DNA of 51,207 nucleotides. Source: a virus (taxonomy: Duplodnaviria > Caudoviricetes). The stretch spans positions 1 through 51,207 of the IMG/VR virus record IMGVR_UViG_3300020407_000005. One strand, given 5' to 3'. This document shows positions 16,892 through 25,727 of this stretch, one piece after another. Numbering within the stretch: the first letter of the stretch is position 1; each line of letters opens with the position of its first letter. The notes beneath the pieces are model-generated. The model was not told the origin of the DNA and did no database searches. It was given only the letters and a program-made list of their open reading frames with translations. The position numbers and the translations under genes are program-made.

Positions 16892-17730
16892 GCGACAAGC
16901 CTGACAAGCGGCCGGCGTTCCAGTTCTACCCGGGCGACTGGCGAAAGGACGTGCAGCTGCGTTCGTGCTCGCTGGCGGCCCGTGGGCTGTGGATAGACCT
17001 GATGTGCGTCATGCACGACTGCGAGCCGTACGGGCACTTGGTGCTGAACGGCCACCCGATGACGCCCGCCAAGATCAGCGGCCAGATCGGCGTGGCGCCG
17101 TCCGTGATCAAGAAGCTGCTGGCTGAGCTGTTGGAGAACGGTGTGGCCAGGGAGACGCCAGAAGGCGTGATCTACAGCAAGCGCATGGTCGACGACGAGC
17201 GCAAGCGGAACGCCCGCGCGGCAGGTGGTGCGGCAGGTGCCGAACACGGATCGAAGGGCGCAGAACACGGCAAGAAGGGGGGGCGTCCAGCCGCTTCAAA
17301 GGGGGGTTCTGAAACCCCCCTTCTAACCCCCCTTGAGGACGCAAAAAAACCCCCCCCTTCATCTTCATCTTCATCTTCAGAAGAAAGAAAGGATGGTTCT
17401 GATGCGCAAGCTGAGGCTCGCGCTGGGCTCGACGACGAGCCGCCGGAGACCGTCGGGCACCAGCCGACCGCTGCCGGAGCGGCGTGCCGAGCCATGCGGA
17501 TGCAGGGCCTGTCCTCGACGAACCCCAGCGACCCGAGGCTGAAGGCGTTGATCGATCAGGGAGCCACTGCCGACGAGTTCGCGGCAGTGGCCAAGGAGGC
17601 TGTGGAGCGGGGCATTGCCAACGGCTGGGCATGGGTGCTGAAGGTGGTCGAAGCCCGCCGCGCTGATGCCGCGCGGGTCCGCCTCGCGCCAAAGCCGGAG
17701 TCCAAGCCGGCATGGGAAGGCGCGGCATGA
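16888..17730 (+). CDS. Phage replication initiator protein
   Basis: PAFQFYPGDW...SLAARGLWIDLMC.MH...YSKRMV; low-complexity linker; upstream of the helicase. Confidence 0.75.
   Translation: MSDKPDKRPAFQFYPGDWRKDVQLRSCSLAARGLWIDLMCVMHDCEPYGHLVLNGHPMTPAKISGQIGVAPSVIKKLLAELLENGVARETPEGVIYSKRMVDDERKRNARAAGGAAGAEHGSKGAEHGKKGGRPAASKGGSETPLLTPLEDAKKPPPSSSSSSSEERKDGSDAQAEARAGLDDEPPETVGHQPTAAGAACRAMRMQGLSSTNPSDPRLKALIDQGATADEFAAVAKEAVERGIANGWAWVLKVVEARRADAARVRLAPKPESKPAWEGAA
17275..17390. repeat. Putative replication origin (iterons) inside the initiator gene
   Basis: AAGGGGGG x2 and AAC6-8TT x3, including the inverted pair 17299-17322, followed by TTCATC repeats and an A-rich tract. Confidence 0.6.
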
Positions 17731-18065
17731 AGGGGCACCACGCGCTCATCTCCATGCGGCTGCGCGGCCGCCATCCGAGGGCTGTGTTCATCGAGCCCGA
17801 CGAAGACATCGGCGGCATCTCGAAGCACTGGCAGGAGCACGGCACCGGCATCGCCACGCTGGTGCTGGAGCCCGGCGAAAACATCGGCCGGCTGGACCTG
17901 CGCTGCGTGATGGGCCTGCGGGTTCACCTGCACACGACGACGGAACAACGCATCACGGCGCTGGTGACCGCCTGCCTCGAAGCCGGGGCGGCGCAGGTCA
18001 TCGGCATCACCGACGAAGAGGCGATCGTGATCGCCACGGAAGGAGCAACGACATGGCACAGATGA
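17727..18065 (+). CDS. Phage hypothetical protein
   Basis: ATGA-coupled ORF containing LDLRCVMGLRVH. Confidence 0.65.
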   Translation: MKGHHALISMRLRGRHPRAVFIEPDEDIGGISKHWQEHGTGIATLVLEPGENIGRLDLRCVMGLRVHLHTTTEQRITALVTACLEAGAAQVIGITDEEAIVIATEGATTWHR

Positions 18066-19003
18066 TCGACGAGCGGGACATCGACTTCGCGGGCTACTAC
18101 CGCGAGACCGAGCCGAAGGTGAAGGTGCGCCGGGCATCGGTCTTCATCGACGAGCTGAAGGCCGAGTTCGACCACAGCGCCCGCAAGAAGGCGGCCTCGA
18201 TGACCAGCACGAAGCTGGGCCGCGTGATCGAGTTCCGGTCTGGCGAGGTGACTGCCTGGGCCGGCTACAACGGCCACCGCAAGAGCATGTTCACCGGCCA
18301 GGCGGCGCTCGACCTGTGCATGGCCGACGAGCCGACGCTCATCGTCAGCCTGGAGATGCAGCCGGCCCGCACGCTGGCCCGCATGGCGCGGCAGGCCTAC
18401 GGGCTGCCGAAGCCGCCCACCTGGTGGCTGGAGCAGTTCGCGACGTGGACCGACGGCCGCCTGTGGCTGTTCGACCACCTGGGGCGAATCACGCCGGATC
18501 TGTGCATTGCCGTGCTGCGGTACTTCGCCGAGGAACTGCACGGCCGTCACGTGTTCATCGACTCGATGATGATGGTCTGCGCCAGCGAAGAGAAGATGGA
18601 CGAGCAGAAGCAGCTCATCACCGACCTGGTTCGCGTGGCGCAGGAAACCGGGCTGCACATCCACCTGGTGACGCACTGCCGCAAGCCGCAAACGGGTGAG
18701 GACAAGCCGCCGACCAAGTACGACCTGCGGGGCTCCGCGGCGATCAGCGACCAGGTGGCCAACGTCATCACGGTGTGGAAGAACGGCACGAAGAAGGTCA
18801 AGCGCGACGAGGCCCGTGCGGCCCGTCGTGACCTGAACGAGCACGACATTGCCGACCAGCCCGACGCCCTGGTGTCGGTCGAGAAGCAGCGAAACGGCGA
18901 CTGGGAAGGCAAGCTGCAGATGTGGTTCGACGAGGGCAGCCTGCGGTTCATGAACGACCGCAGCAGCCCGGTGGAGGCGTATGCGATTGGGGCGCCGCTG
19001 TGA
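18053..19003 (+). CDS. DnaB/T7 gp4-like SF4 replicative helicase (no primase domain)
   Basis: GEVTAWAGYNGHRKS (Walker A variant), SLEM, VFIDSMM, HLVTHCRK, DLRGSAAISDQVANV, EKQRNG. Confidence 0.88.
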   Translation: MAQMIDERDIDFAGYYRETEPKVKVRRASVFIDELKAEFDHSARKKAASMTSTKLGRVIEFRSGEVTAWAGYNGHRKSMFTGQAALDLCMADEPTLIVSLEMQPARTLARMARQAYGLPKPPTWWLEQFATWTDGRLWLFDHLGRITPDLCIAVLRYFAEELHGRHVFIDSMMMVCASEEKMDEQKQLITDLVRVAQETGLHIHLVTHCRKPQTGEDKPPTKYDLRGSAAISDQVANVITVWKNGTKKVKRDEARAARRDLNEHDIADQPDALVSVEKQRNGDWEGKLQMWFDEGSLRFMNDRSSPVEAYAIGAPL

Positions 19004-19070
19004 TCGCCGCTTCGAGCGCGCGCGCGCATTTGCCCCTGCCCAACGCAACCCGACAAACGGAGGCCGCCCA

Positions 19071-19547
19071 GTGAGAAAGCGCAGCACCTACCGACCCAAG
19101 CCGGTGAGTCTCAACCCGCTGGGCTTCATGCAGCCGGCGCCGGCCGCTGATCGCGAGGCCGTCATGGCCCGGTTCCTGACCGCGCTGGACGCCATGGCCC
19201 GTGGCGATCACCCGGGCACCGCCGAGTGGCAGGACCTGTCCGACGCCATCAACACCGTCGAGACGATGGCCCTGCACCTGCGCATGCTGGACCCGGCCGA
19301 GGTCATGCCGACCGTGAACGCGGCCATCGCCGCAATGGTGGAGGCGGCACGCCGGCACCAGGCTGGCCAGCGCATGGGGCTGAGCGGTCCGGGCCTGCAG
19401 ACGCTGCGCGACGTGCTGGCGATCTACGAGCAGTGCCTGGAGGGCTACACGGCCCACCAAATGGCCAAGGCGCAGGCCGAGACGCAGCGCCGGCTCAATG
19501 CGATCCTGCACGGGCATCGCGATGACCGCACTGTGGTGGCGCTGTGA
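19071..19547 (+). CDS. Phage hypothetical protein
   Basis: GTG start with GGAGG RBS, RKRSTYRPKPV N-terminus. Confidence 0.65.
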   Translation: MRKRSTYRPKPVSLNPLGFMQPAPAADREAVMARFLTALDAMARGDHPGTAEWQDLSDAINTVETMALHLRMLDPAEVMPTVNAAIAAMVEAARRHQAGQRMGLSGPGLQTLRDVLAIYEQCLEGYTAHQMAKAQAETQRRLNAILHGHRDDRTVVAL

Positions 19548-20089
19548 TCGCCTGGGGCATCGACATCGGACTGACGGGCGCACTGGCCCGCATCGACCAC
19601 CGCGGCGCTGTCGTGGTGCTGGACATGCCCGTGACGGCCGACGGCGCCAAGGGCAACCGCATCAGCGGCCGCCAGCTGGCTCGGCTGATCCGCCTGCACA
19701 CGCCGGCCGACGAGGCCGTGACCATCGTCATGGAAGACGTGCGGCCGCGGCCCAACCCGCTGCGAGGAACCAGCATCGTGACCGAGGGCAGTCTCATGCG
19801 CAGTCGCGGCGCCATCGAGTCTGTGCTCGACGTGCTGGGTGTGCGTGGGCACGTGGTGCAGCCGCAGACCTGGAAGCGGCACTTCGGCTTGCTCAAGGCC
19901 GAGAAGGACGCCAGCCGCCAGAAGGCGCTGGTGCTGTACCCGGCCGCCAGTCACGACCTGGCGCGCAAGAAGGACCACAACCGAGCCGAGGCCGTGCTGC
20001 TGGCGCACTACGCCATGACGGTGGTGGCTGGTGTGCCGGTGCGAGGTGAACTGGTGGCGCAGCGAGAGCTGCAGGAGGCTGCGGCGTGA
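19544..20089 (+). CDS. RuvC-like Holliday junction resolvase
   Basis: GIDIGLTGA, MEDV, VQPQTWK, KDHNRAEAVLLA. Confidence 0.85.
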   Translation: MIAWGIDIGLTGALARIDHRGAVVVLDMPVTADGAKGNRISGRQLARLIRLHTPADEAVTIVMEDVRPRPNPLRGTSIVTEGSLMRSRGAIESVLDVLGVRGHVVQPQTWKRHFGLLKAEKDASRQKALVLYPAASHDLARKKDHNRAEAVLLAHYAMTVVAGVPVRGELVAQRELQEAAA

Positions 20090-20334
20090 CTCAACCGAAA
20101 CGTGCGAATGACCTCAACACGGTCCCTTGCTGGAAAGTCCGTGTGTGCCTAAAGGGAGGCGGCATGCTGCACTTCCTTGCAAAGACCGAGCCTGTGGTTG
20201 TCCGCGATGGGGCCGCACTGATGGACGTTCGGATGGACTGCATCACGGACACAGAACACGGCGATGCCCTGGGATTCATTGACTGGACCTCGGTGTCTGC
20301 CGTGACGTGGCGCTACGCGCCTTTGGCGTTATGA
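20086..20334 (+). CDS. Phage hypothetical protein
   Basis: GTGA-coupled 82-aa ORF. Confidence 0.55.
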   Translation: MTQPKRANDLNTVPCWKVRVCLKGGGMLHFLAKTEPVVVRDGAALMDVRMDCITDTEHGDALGFIDWTSVSAVTWRYAPLAL

Positions 20335-20395
20335 CCAGCCACGACTGCACCACCGCCATGCCTGCACCGCAGCACCAACCCGAGGACCAATCGAC

Positions 20396-20797
20396 ATGAA
20401 CAAGGGAGTTAGGAGCCTGCAGCAATACGCCCGCGTGGTGCGCGACGTGGTACGCGACGAACCGCCGGACCCCATCGAGATCCGGGCGTGTCACCGCATC
20501 CTTCGCAGCGACCTGCGGAACTTGCGCATGCGCCCCGACCGGGACACGCTCGAGTACTTGGCGTGGGTGAAGCGGGACCTCTGCGCGCAGCTCGTGGATG
20601 AGCTGGTCAAGAAGCTGGACCTGCTGAGCGACGACCGGCTGATGAACGGCGGGGAAATGATCGAGGTCGGCGTGGTGCTCCACGACCTCAACGCCTATGA
20701 GCGCTGGCACGCCCGCGGCTCAATGGAGGGCGCCGCGGACGAGCGCAAGCGGCAGGAGGCGGCGCGGCCTTACGGCCTGGACGAGGTCTACGAATGA
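20396..20797 (+). CDS. Phage hypothetical protein
   Basis: GAGGA RBS, 133 aa. Confidence 0.6.
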   Translation: MNKGVRSLQQYARVVRDVVRDEPPDPIEIRACHRILRSDLRNLRMRPDRDTLEYLAWVKRDLCAQLVDELVKKLDLLSDDRLMNGGEMIEVGVVLHDLNAYERWHARGSMEGAADERKRQEAARPYGLDEVYE

Positions 20798-21072
20798 AGG
20801 TCATCACCCCCGGCCTGCTGCTGTGGACGCCGAGCGAGGGCCTGCATCTTAGTGGCTGGTGCTTTGATGGCGAGGGCGTCTGCTATGAGAGCAGCGCTGC
20901 CATGCAGCGAGCCGCGGCATCGGCGGCCCTGGTGCACATTGCGCGGTCCTGCCAGCTGCAGGGCGTGGCTGTCGAGCAGCCGGCCGCCGAGCCCGAGCCG
21001 ATGGACCTGGACAGCGAGCGCGCGGCGCTGGACGTGATCGCGATGGCGCGGCGGCGGGAGCAGGGCACGTGA
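20794..21072 (+). CDS. Phage hypothetical protein
   Basis: ATGA-coupled 92-aa ORF. Confidence 0.55.
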   Translation: MKVITPGLLLWTPSEGLHLSGWCFDGEGVCYESSAAMQRAAASAALVHIARSCQLQGVAVEQPAAEPEPMDLDSERAALDVIAMARRREQGT

Positions 21073-21233
21073 CCGTGATCCTCAAGCCCACCGGCCGCGG
21101 CAACTGGAAGCCGATGCGCCTGCACTACGACGGCCAGCACCTGGTGCCGCTGTTCGTGCGCGTCGGCGCGCTGCTGGACTTCGGCGGCCTCAAGTGGCGC
21201 GTGTGCCAGGTACTCGATGGAGGCAAGGACTGA
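21069..21233 (+). CDS. Small phage hypothetical protein (54 aa)
   Basis: Read from the sequence: MTVILKPTGRGNWKPMRLHYDG...; coupled on both sides. Confidence 0.5.
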   Translation: MTVILKPTGRGNWKPMRLHYDGQHLVPLFVRVGALLDFGGLKWRVCQVLDGGKD

Positions 21234-21664
21234 TGGCAAAACAGCGCCAGTCCGATCCGCGTCAACTGGACATGTTTGGCATGCCCAGAGGGACGGAACT
21301 CGCGCTGCCCAACAAGCGGCTCAAGGCGTCTAAGCCGCCACCAACGACCAACTTCGCACTGCGCTCAGTGTTTGAGTTCGGGCTTGCCGAGCTGGTCAAG
21401 ATCGTCAAGGAGCGGTGGATTGGACCGAAGCGGCGCAGTGGCATCAACTGGTCGCAAATGATCCGCGACCTAGAGCATGCAGGCATGAAGTTGAGCGACA
21501 TCGGCATGCGCTGCGGACAGAAGAAAGCGAACGCCCGTTCCTGGGCACACAGGATCAAAAACCTTCCTGGGACGGAACCCAGAATCCTTCACGGCGCTGC
21601 CCTGCTGGTGCTGTGGATGGAGAAGACTGGCCAGCAGGCGGCGGATGCGCCGAAGGAAGACTGA
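21233..21664 (+). CDS. HTH regulator, candidate late-gene activator
   Basis: INWSQMIRDLEHAGMKLSDIG...W...EPRILHGAALLVLW; sits near the end of the early operon. Confidence 0.55.
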   Translation: MAKQRQSDPRQLDMFGMPRGTELALPNKRLKASKPPPTTNFALRSVFEFGLAELVKIVKERWIGPKRRSGINWSQMIRDLEHAGMKLSDIGMRCGQKKANARSWAHRIKNLPGTEPRILHGAALLVLWMEKTGQQAADAPKED

Positions 21665-21667
21665 ACG

Positions 21668-22525
21668 ATGCAACTCGCGATGACCCGGTACCGCCGCTAC
21701 AGCGGCAACGACAGGCACTTCGGCCCGTTCATCACCCTGAGCCGACACGGCAATGAACACTGGCGCCCGTTTGGCGTGGTGCTCGACAGCGGCGACGGCG
21801 ACGACTACAAGGGCTGCAACCTCGCCTTCCATGCCTGCGGCCGCACACTGATCATCGAGCTGCCGCCCATCCTGAAGCCGTGGCGACAGTGGGTGCCCAC
21901 GGGACACTACCACTGGGCGAAGTCTCCCGATGACGGCTACTGGGACACGCATCGCCGCGAGTTCGGGTTCCGCTACAGCGGCGACACGGGATTCCTGCAG
22001 GTGTTCCTCGGCGCGCAGACCCACGACAGCACAACCACGAAGAGCTGGTGCAAGTCGCTGCCGTGGAAGCAATGGCGGCACGTGCGGCACAGCATGTACG
22101 GCCTCGGCGGCGAGCATCACTTCACCCAACTGGATGCCGACCGGCGCAAGGGCGGCGATCACTGGGACGCGCGCCAGGCCGCCGAGAAGTCCTGCCCCAC
22201 CGCCAAGTTCCTGTTCCGCGACTTCGACGGCATGTTCATCGTCGCCACCGCCCGGATGGAAGAACGCGAGTGGCACTTCGGCGAAGGCTGGTTCAAGTGG
22301 CTGTCGGTGTTCCGCAAGCCGCGCGTGCACCGGTCGCTGGACCTGGAGTTCAGCCAGGAGGTGGGCAAGGACAAGGGCTCATGGAAAGGCGGCACGCTGG
22401 GCCACGGCATCGAGATGCTGCCCGGCGAGGATCACGAGGCCGCATTCCGCCGGTACTGCGCGGCGGGGTCCACGTCGAAGCATGGGCCCGGCGAGCTGAC
22501 GTTTGTGCGGCGGCTGGAGGAATGA
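21668..22525 (+). CDS. Trp-rich phage hypothetical protein
   Basis: 285-aa ORF with strong GC3 bias. Confidence 0.7.
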   Translation: MQLAMTRYRRYSGNDRHFGPFITLSRHGNEHWRPFGVVLDSGDGDDYKGCNLAFHACGRTLIIELPPILKPWRQWVPTGHYHWAKSPDDGYWDTHRREFGFRYSGDTGFLQVFLGAQTHDSTTTKSWCKSLPWKQWRHVRHSMYGLGGEHHFTQLDADRRKGGDHWDARQAAEKSCPTAKFLFRDFDGMFIVATARMEEREWHFGEGWFKWLSVFRKPRVHRSLDLEFSQEVGKDKGSWKGGTLGHGIEMLPGEDHEAAFRRYCAAGSTSKHGPGELTFVRRLEE

Positions 22526-22719
22526 TGGTGGAGGGCCTCTATGCCGCCATGGCGCAATTGGTGCTGTCTGCGGCAATCCGAAAGCCGCGCATCTACAGGA
22601 ACCCGAGCCAGTCGATAGGCCGGCAGTGGGTGTGTGTTGGCAGCGGGTACGTAGGCTTCGGATGCACCCCGGCCGACGCTTACGCCGAGTGGGCCGTTGC
22701 GAAGAGGCTGCTGCGATGA
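22522..22719 (+). CDS. Phage hypothetical protein
   Basis: GGAGG RBS; WVCVGSG..GFGCTPADAYAEW. Confidence 0.5.
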   Translation: MMVEGLYAAMAQLVLSAAIRKPRIYRNPSQSIGRQWVCVGSGYVGFGCTPADAYAEWAVAKRLLR

Positions 22720-23063
22720 GACAACCCGGCTACGAAGACCGAGAAGAGGTCATCGCGCAGATCCGCTTCGGCAACCTCTCCCGAGGCGATCAGCATGCCC
22801 TGCTGCAGGCTTATGCGCTGCGCCAGCAGGCCCAAGGCCACCAGCGGCTGGCTGACCTCGTGGGCCGCCGCGTCACCGTCGAGTTCGCGCTGCCGCTGTC
22901 TGAGTGGCCGTTCCCCGGCACGCCGGCCCACCTGCACGTCTACGGCGTCGAAGGCCCGCTGATCAGCCTGGAGTATTCGCCGTCCTACGGCTCCACGCCG
23001 CCGCAGCCGAAGTGGTTCTCGCTGGGCATCATCAAGTCGATCACGGCCTTCGGCCAGCAGTAG
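22716..23063 (+). CDS. Phage hypothetical protein
   Basis: ATGA-coupled ORF. Confidence 0.55.
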   Translation: MRQPGYEDREEVIAQIRFGNLSRGDQHALLQAYALRQQAQGHQRLADLVGRRVTVEFALPLSEWPFPGTPAHLHVYGVEGPLISLEYSPSYGSTPPQPKWFSLGIIKSITAFGQQ

Positions 23064-23125
23064 CCCCACCCACTCACCCCACCCAGGCCCGCCCAGCGCG
23101 GGCCTTGTCGTTCCCAGCCCCGATT

Positions 23126-23160
23126 TGTCCGGGATTCACGACGCTCAGCCGTCCGATGCT
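23126..23160 (+). promoter_or_regulatory. Late-promoter box 1
   Basis: TGTCCGGGATTCACGACGC, identical at 29570 and 45023. Confidence 0.7.
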
Positions 23161-23201
23161 CCGCGCCGACCGCAACAGCGGCAAACGCAGGAGCCAGCCC
23201 C

Positions 23202-23771
23202 GTGACGACGAACACGCAACGACGCATCCAGACGCCCGGCGCCCCCACGCCGGCTGCGGCACCCACCCAGGCCGAGCAGGCCGCCGCCGCGGCTGCAGCT
23301 GCTGGCGATGACCTGGACCAGTACGACGGCGACGAGCTGCCGCCGGCCACCGGTGCGGTCGAGACCAAGGCCTATGCCGACGGCACCACGGCCACCGGCA
23401 CCGCGCCGCTGCCCGAGCAGTCGCCGACGGCCGACAAGCCCAAGACCCGGAGCCGCGCCGCCAGCGCCCCCGCCGCGCAGCCGGTGGCCAGCGCTGCCGA
23501 ATTCACGCCCGAGCAGCAGGCGCTGATCGCGCAGATGATCGACAGCGCCGTGCGTGCCAGCAAGGCCAGCCAGAACCCGCGCACCGCCGCGATGCTCGCG
23601 GCCGGCGCCGACCGCACGAAGGCCGTGCCGCTCGACGTGGCCGTGGCCACCGCCGAGAACAGCGTGGCCGCCGGCCAGCGCCCGCGGCCCATCCTGACGC
23701 CGGAAGGCTGGTACGTCCACCCGGATTACGCCCGGGTCGCCAACCCCGACGTGGCCCGCCTGGGCGGCTGA
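23202..23771 (+). CDS. First gene of the virion operon, hypothetical
   Basis: AGGAG RBS; C-terminal ILTPEGWYV. Confidence 0.7.
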   Translation: MTTNTQRRIQTPGAPTPAAAPTQAEQAAAAAAAAGDDLDQYDGDELPPATGAVETKAYADGTTATGTAPLPEQSPTADKPKTRSRAASAPAAQPVASAAEFTPEQQALIAQMIDSAVRASKASQNPRTAAMLAAGADRTKAVPLDVAVATAENSVAAGQRPRPILTPEGWYVHPDYARVANPDVARLGG

Positions 23772-23788
23772 GCGCGAGGACGGCCGCC

Positions 23789-24073
23789 ATGTGCATCTCT
23801 GCAGCCGCAATCGGTCTTCTGACCGCTGGCGTCACCGCTGCCAGCTCCATCTACGCGGCCCGTCAAAACGCCAAGGCCGCCGACTCGCAAGCCGGCGCCG
23901 CCGCCAAGTCGGACACGATGGCCGCGCAGAGCAGCAACGCCCGGCTGGCCATGCGCCGCCGGGCGCTGGCCGCCAACAGCCTGGCCACCGGCGCCAGCGA
24001 CCCGACCACGGGCAGCGGCACCGGCGCCAGCGGCGTGATGGGTGGCATGGGTCAGCAGACGCTGGGCGGGTGA
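23789..24073 (+). CDS. Small virion-associated protein upstream of the portal
   Basis: MC... start, Ala/Gly-rich, ends TLGG as in podovirus pre-portal genes. Confidence 0.65.
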   Translation: MCISAAAIGLLTAGVTAASSIYAARQNAKAADSQAGAAAKSDTMAAQSSNARLAMRRRALAANSLATGASDPTTGSGTGASGVMGGMGQQTLGG

Positions 24074-24077
24074 GCGT

Positions 24078-25691
24078 GTGGCAGTCGACACCGCCAAGCT
24101 CAAGGCCCGGCTGAACGCCAAGAAGGGCGAGCGCGCACCGCACGAGCAGATCTGGCGCGACTGCGCCGACTACAGCCATCCGCATCTGGGCGCGGGCTTT
24201 AGCGGCCAGATCCTCGGCGCCACCGAACTGCAGACCAAGAAGGCCCGGCTGCTCAACGGCGCGGGCACCGATGGCGTGACCACCTCGGCCGACGGCTTCA
24301 TGGGCGGCATGACGCCGGCCAATGCGCTGTGGTTCGGCCTGGACGCGGGCCGCGAGACGGACGAAGAGAAGTCCTGGCTCAGCGACTCGGCCATGACGAT
24401 CTGGGAAAACATCCACGCGTCCAACTTCGATGCCGAAGGCTACGACGCCGTGCTGACGTTCATCGTCTGCGGGTGGTTCGCGCTCTACATCGACGAGGAC
24501 GACAACGGCGGCTACTACTTCGAGAACTGGCCGCTGAGCCAGTGCTACATCGGCAGCTCGCGCCCGGGCAAGCCGGTGGACACGATCTACCGCGAGTGGG
24601 AGGCCACGGTCTCCGAGCTGGTCGAGCAGTACGGCATGGCCGGCGTCAGCGAGACCGTGCGCCGCCTGGCCGAGGCCGGCAAGGTGGATGCCACGGTGCC
24701 CGTGCTGTGGGCCATCGAGCCGCGGCGCGACTGGCTGCCCGGTGCCGCGGTCTCCACGCGGCTGCCGTTCGCCAGCGTGAAGATGGAGCTCAACACCGGG
24801 CACATGCTCAGCGAGAGCGGCTTCCACGAGTTCCCCTGCATCGTGCCGCGCTGGCGCCGCATCCCCGGCACGCCCTACGCGCTGGGCCCGATGAGCGATG
24901 CGCTGCCCGACTGCAAGAGCGCCAATGAGGTGGCCCGCTGGGAGTTCGCGGCGGCCGAGACCGCCATCGCGCCACCCATGATCGCCGAAGACGACGGCGT
25001 GCTGAACCCGCGCACGATCAAGCTGGGCCCGCGCAAGATCATCGTGGCCAACAGCGTCAACAGCATCAAGCCGCTGGTCACCGGCGCCAACGTGCAGTTC
25101 GGCCAGATGAAGGTGACCGAGCTGGAAGCCAAGGTGCGCCGCGCGCTGATGGCCGACCTGTTCGACAAGGTGCTGAACGACCCGCGGATGACGGCCACGC
25201 AGGTGCAGGCCATCCTGGGCATGCTGCGCCAGCGCATGGGCCCGCGCTTCGGCCGCCTGCAAGCCGAGTGGCTGCAGCCGCTGGTCGAGCGCTGCTATGG
25301 CCTGGCGCTGCGTGCCGGCGCACTGGGCCGGCCGCCCGAGACGCTGCTGCAGCGCAACTACACGATCCGCTACCTGTCGCCGCTGGCGCGCGCCCAGAAG
25401 CTGGACGAGGTGGCGTCGATCGAGACGCACGAAGCCTCACTGCTGCAGGAGGCGCAGGCCGTGCCGCAGGTGATGGACACCTACGACTGGGAAAGCGGCG
25501 CCCGCAAGAAGGCCGAGCTGCGCGGCGTGCCCGCCGACCTCGTGCCGTCGCGCCGCGCCGTCGAGCAGATGCGCGAGCAGCGCGCGCAAGCACAGGCCGC
25601 CGCACAGCAGGCGGCACAGCAACAACAGGTTGGCCAGGCCGCGCAGATGGCGTCGGCTGAGGCCATGGCTTCGCAACTGGCGCAGGCCTGA
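24078..25691 (+). CDS. Portal (head-tail connector), T7/BPP-1 type
   Basis: ESGFHEFPCIVPRW...YALGP...ALPD, MTATQV, GPRFGRLQAEWLQPLVER, YLSPLARAQK. Confidence 0.93.
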   Translation: MAVDTAKLKARLNAKKGERAPHEQIWRDCADYSHPHLGAGFSGQILGATELQTKKARLLNGAGTDGVTTSADGFMGGMTPANALWFGLDAGRETDEEKSWLSDSAMTIWENIHASNFDAEGYDAVLTFIVCGWFALYIDEDDNGGYYFENWPLSQCYIGSSRPGKPVDTIYREWEATVSELVEQYGMAGVSETVRRLAEAGKVDATVPVLWAIEPRRDWLPGAAVSTRLPFASVKMELNTGHMLSESGFHEFPCIVPRWRRIPGTPYALGPMSDALPDCKSANEVARWEFAAAETAIAPPMIAEDDGVLNPRTIKLGPRKIIVANSVNSIKPLVTGANVQFGQMKVTELEAKVRRALMADLFDKVLNDPRMTATQVQAILGMLRQRMGPRFGRLQAEWLQPLVERCYGLALRAGALGRPPETLLQRNYTIRYLSPLARAQKLDEVASIETHEASLLQEAQAVPQVMDTYDWESGARKKAELRGVPADLVPSRRAVEQMREQRAQAQAAAQQAAQQQQVGQAAQMASAEAMASQLAQA

Positions 25692-25727
25692 CAGCACCAC
25701 TGAACCACACCACCACAGGGAAACACC

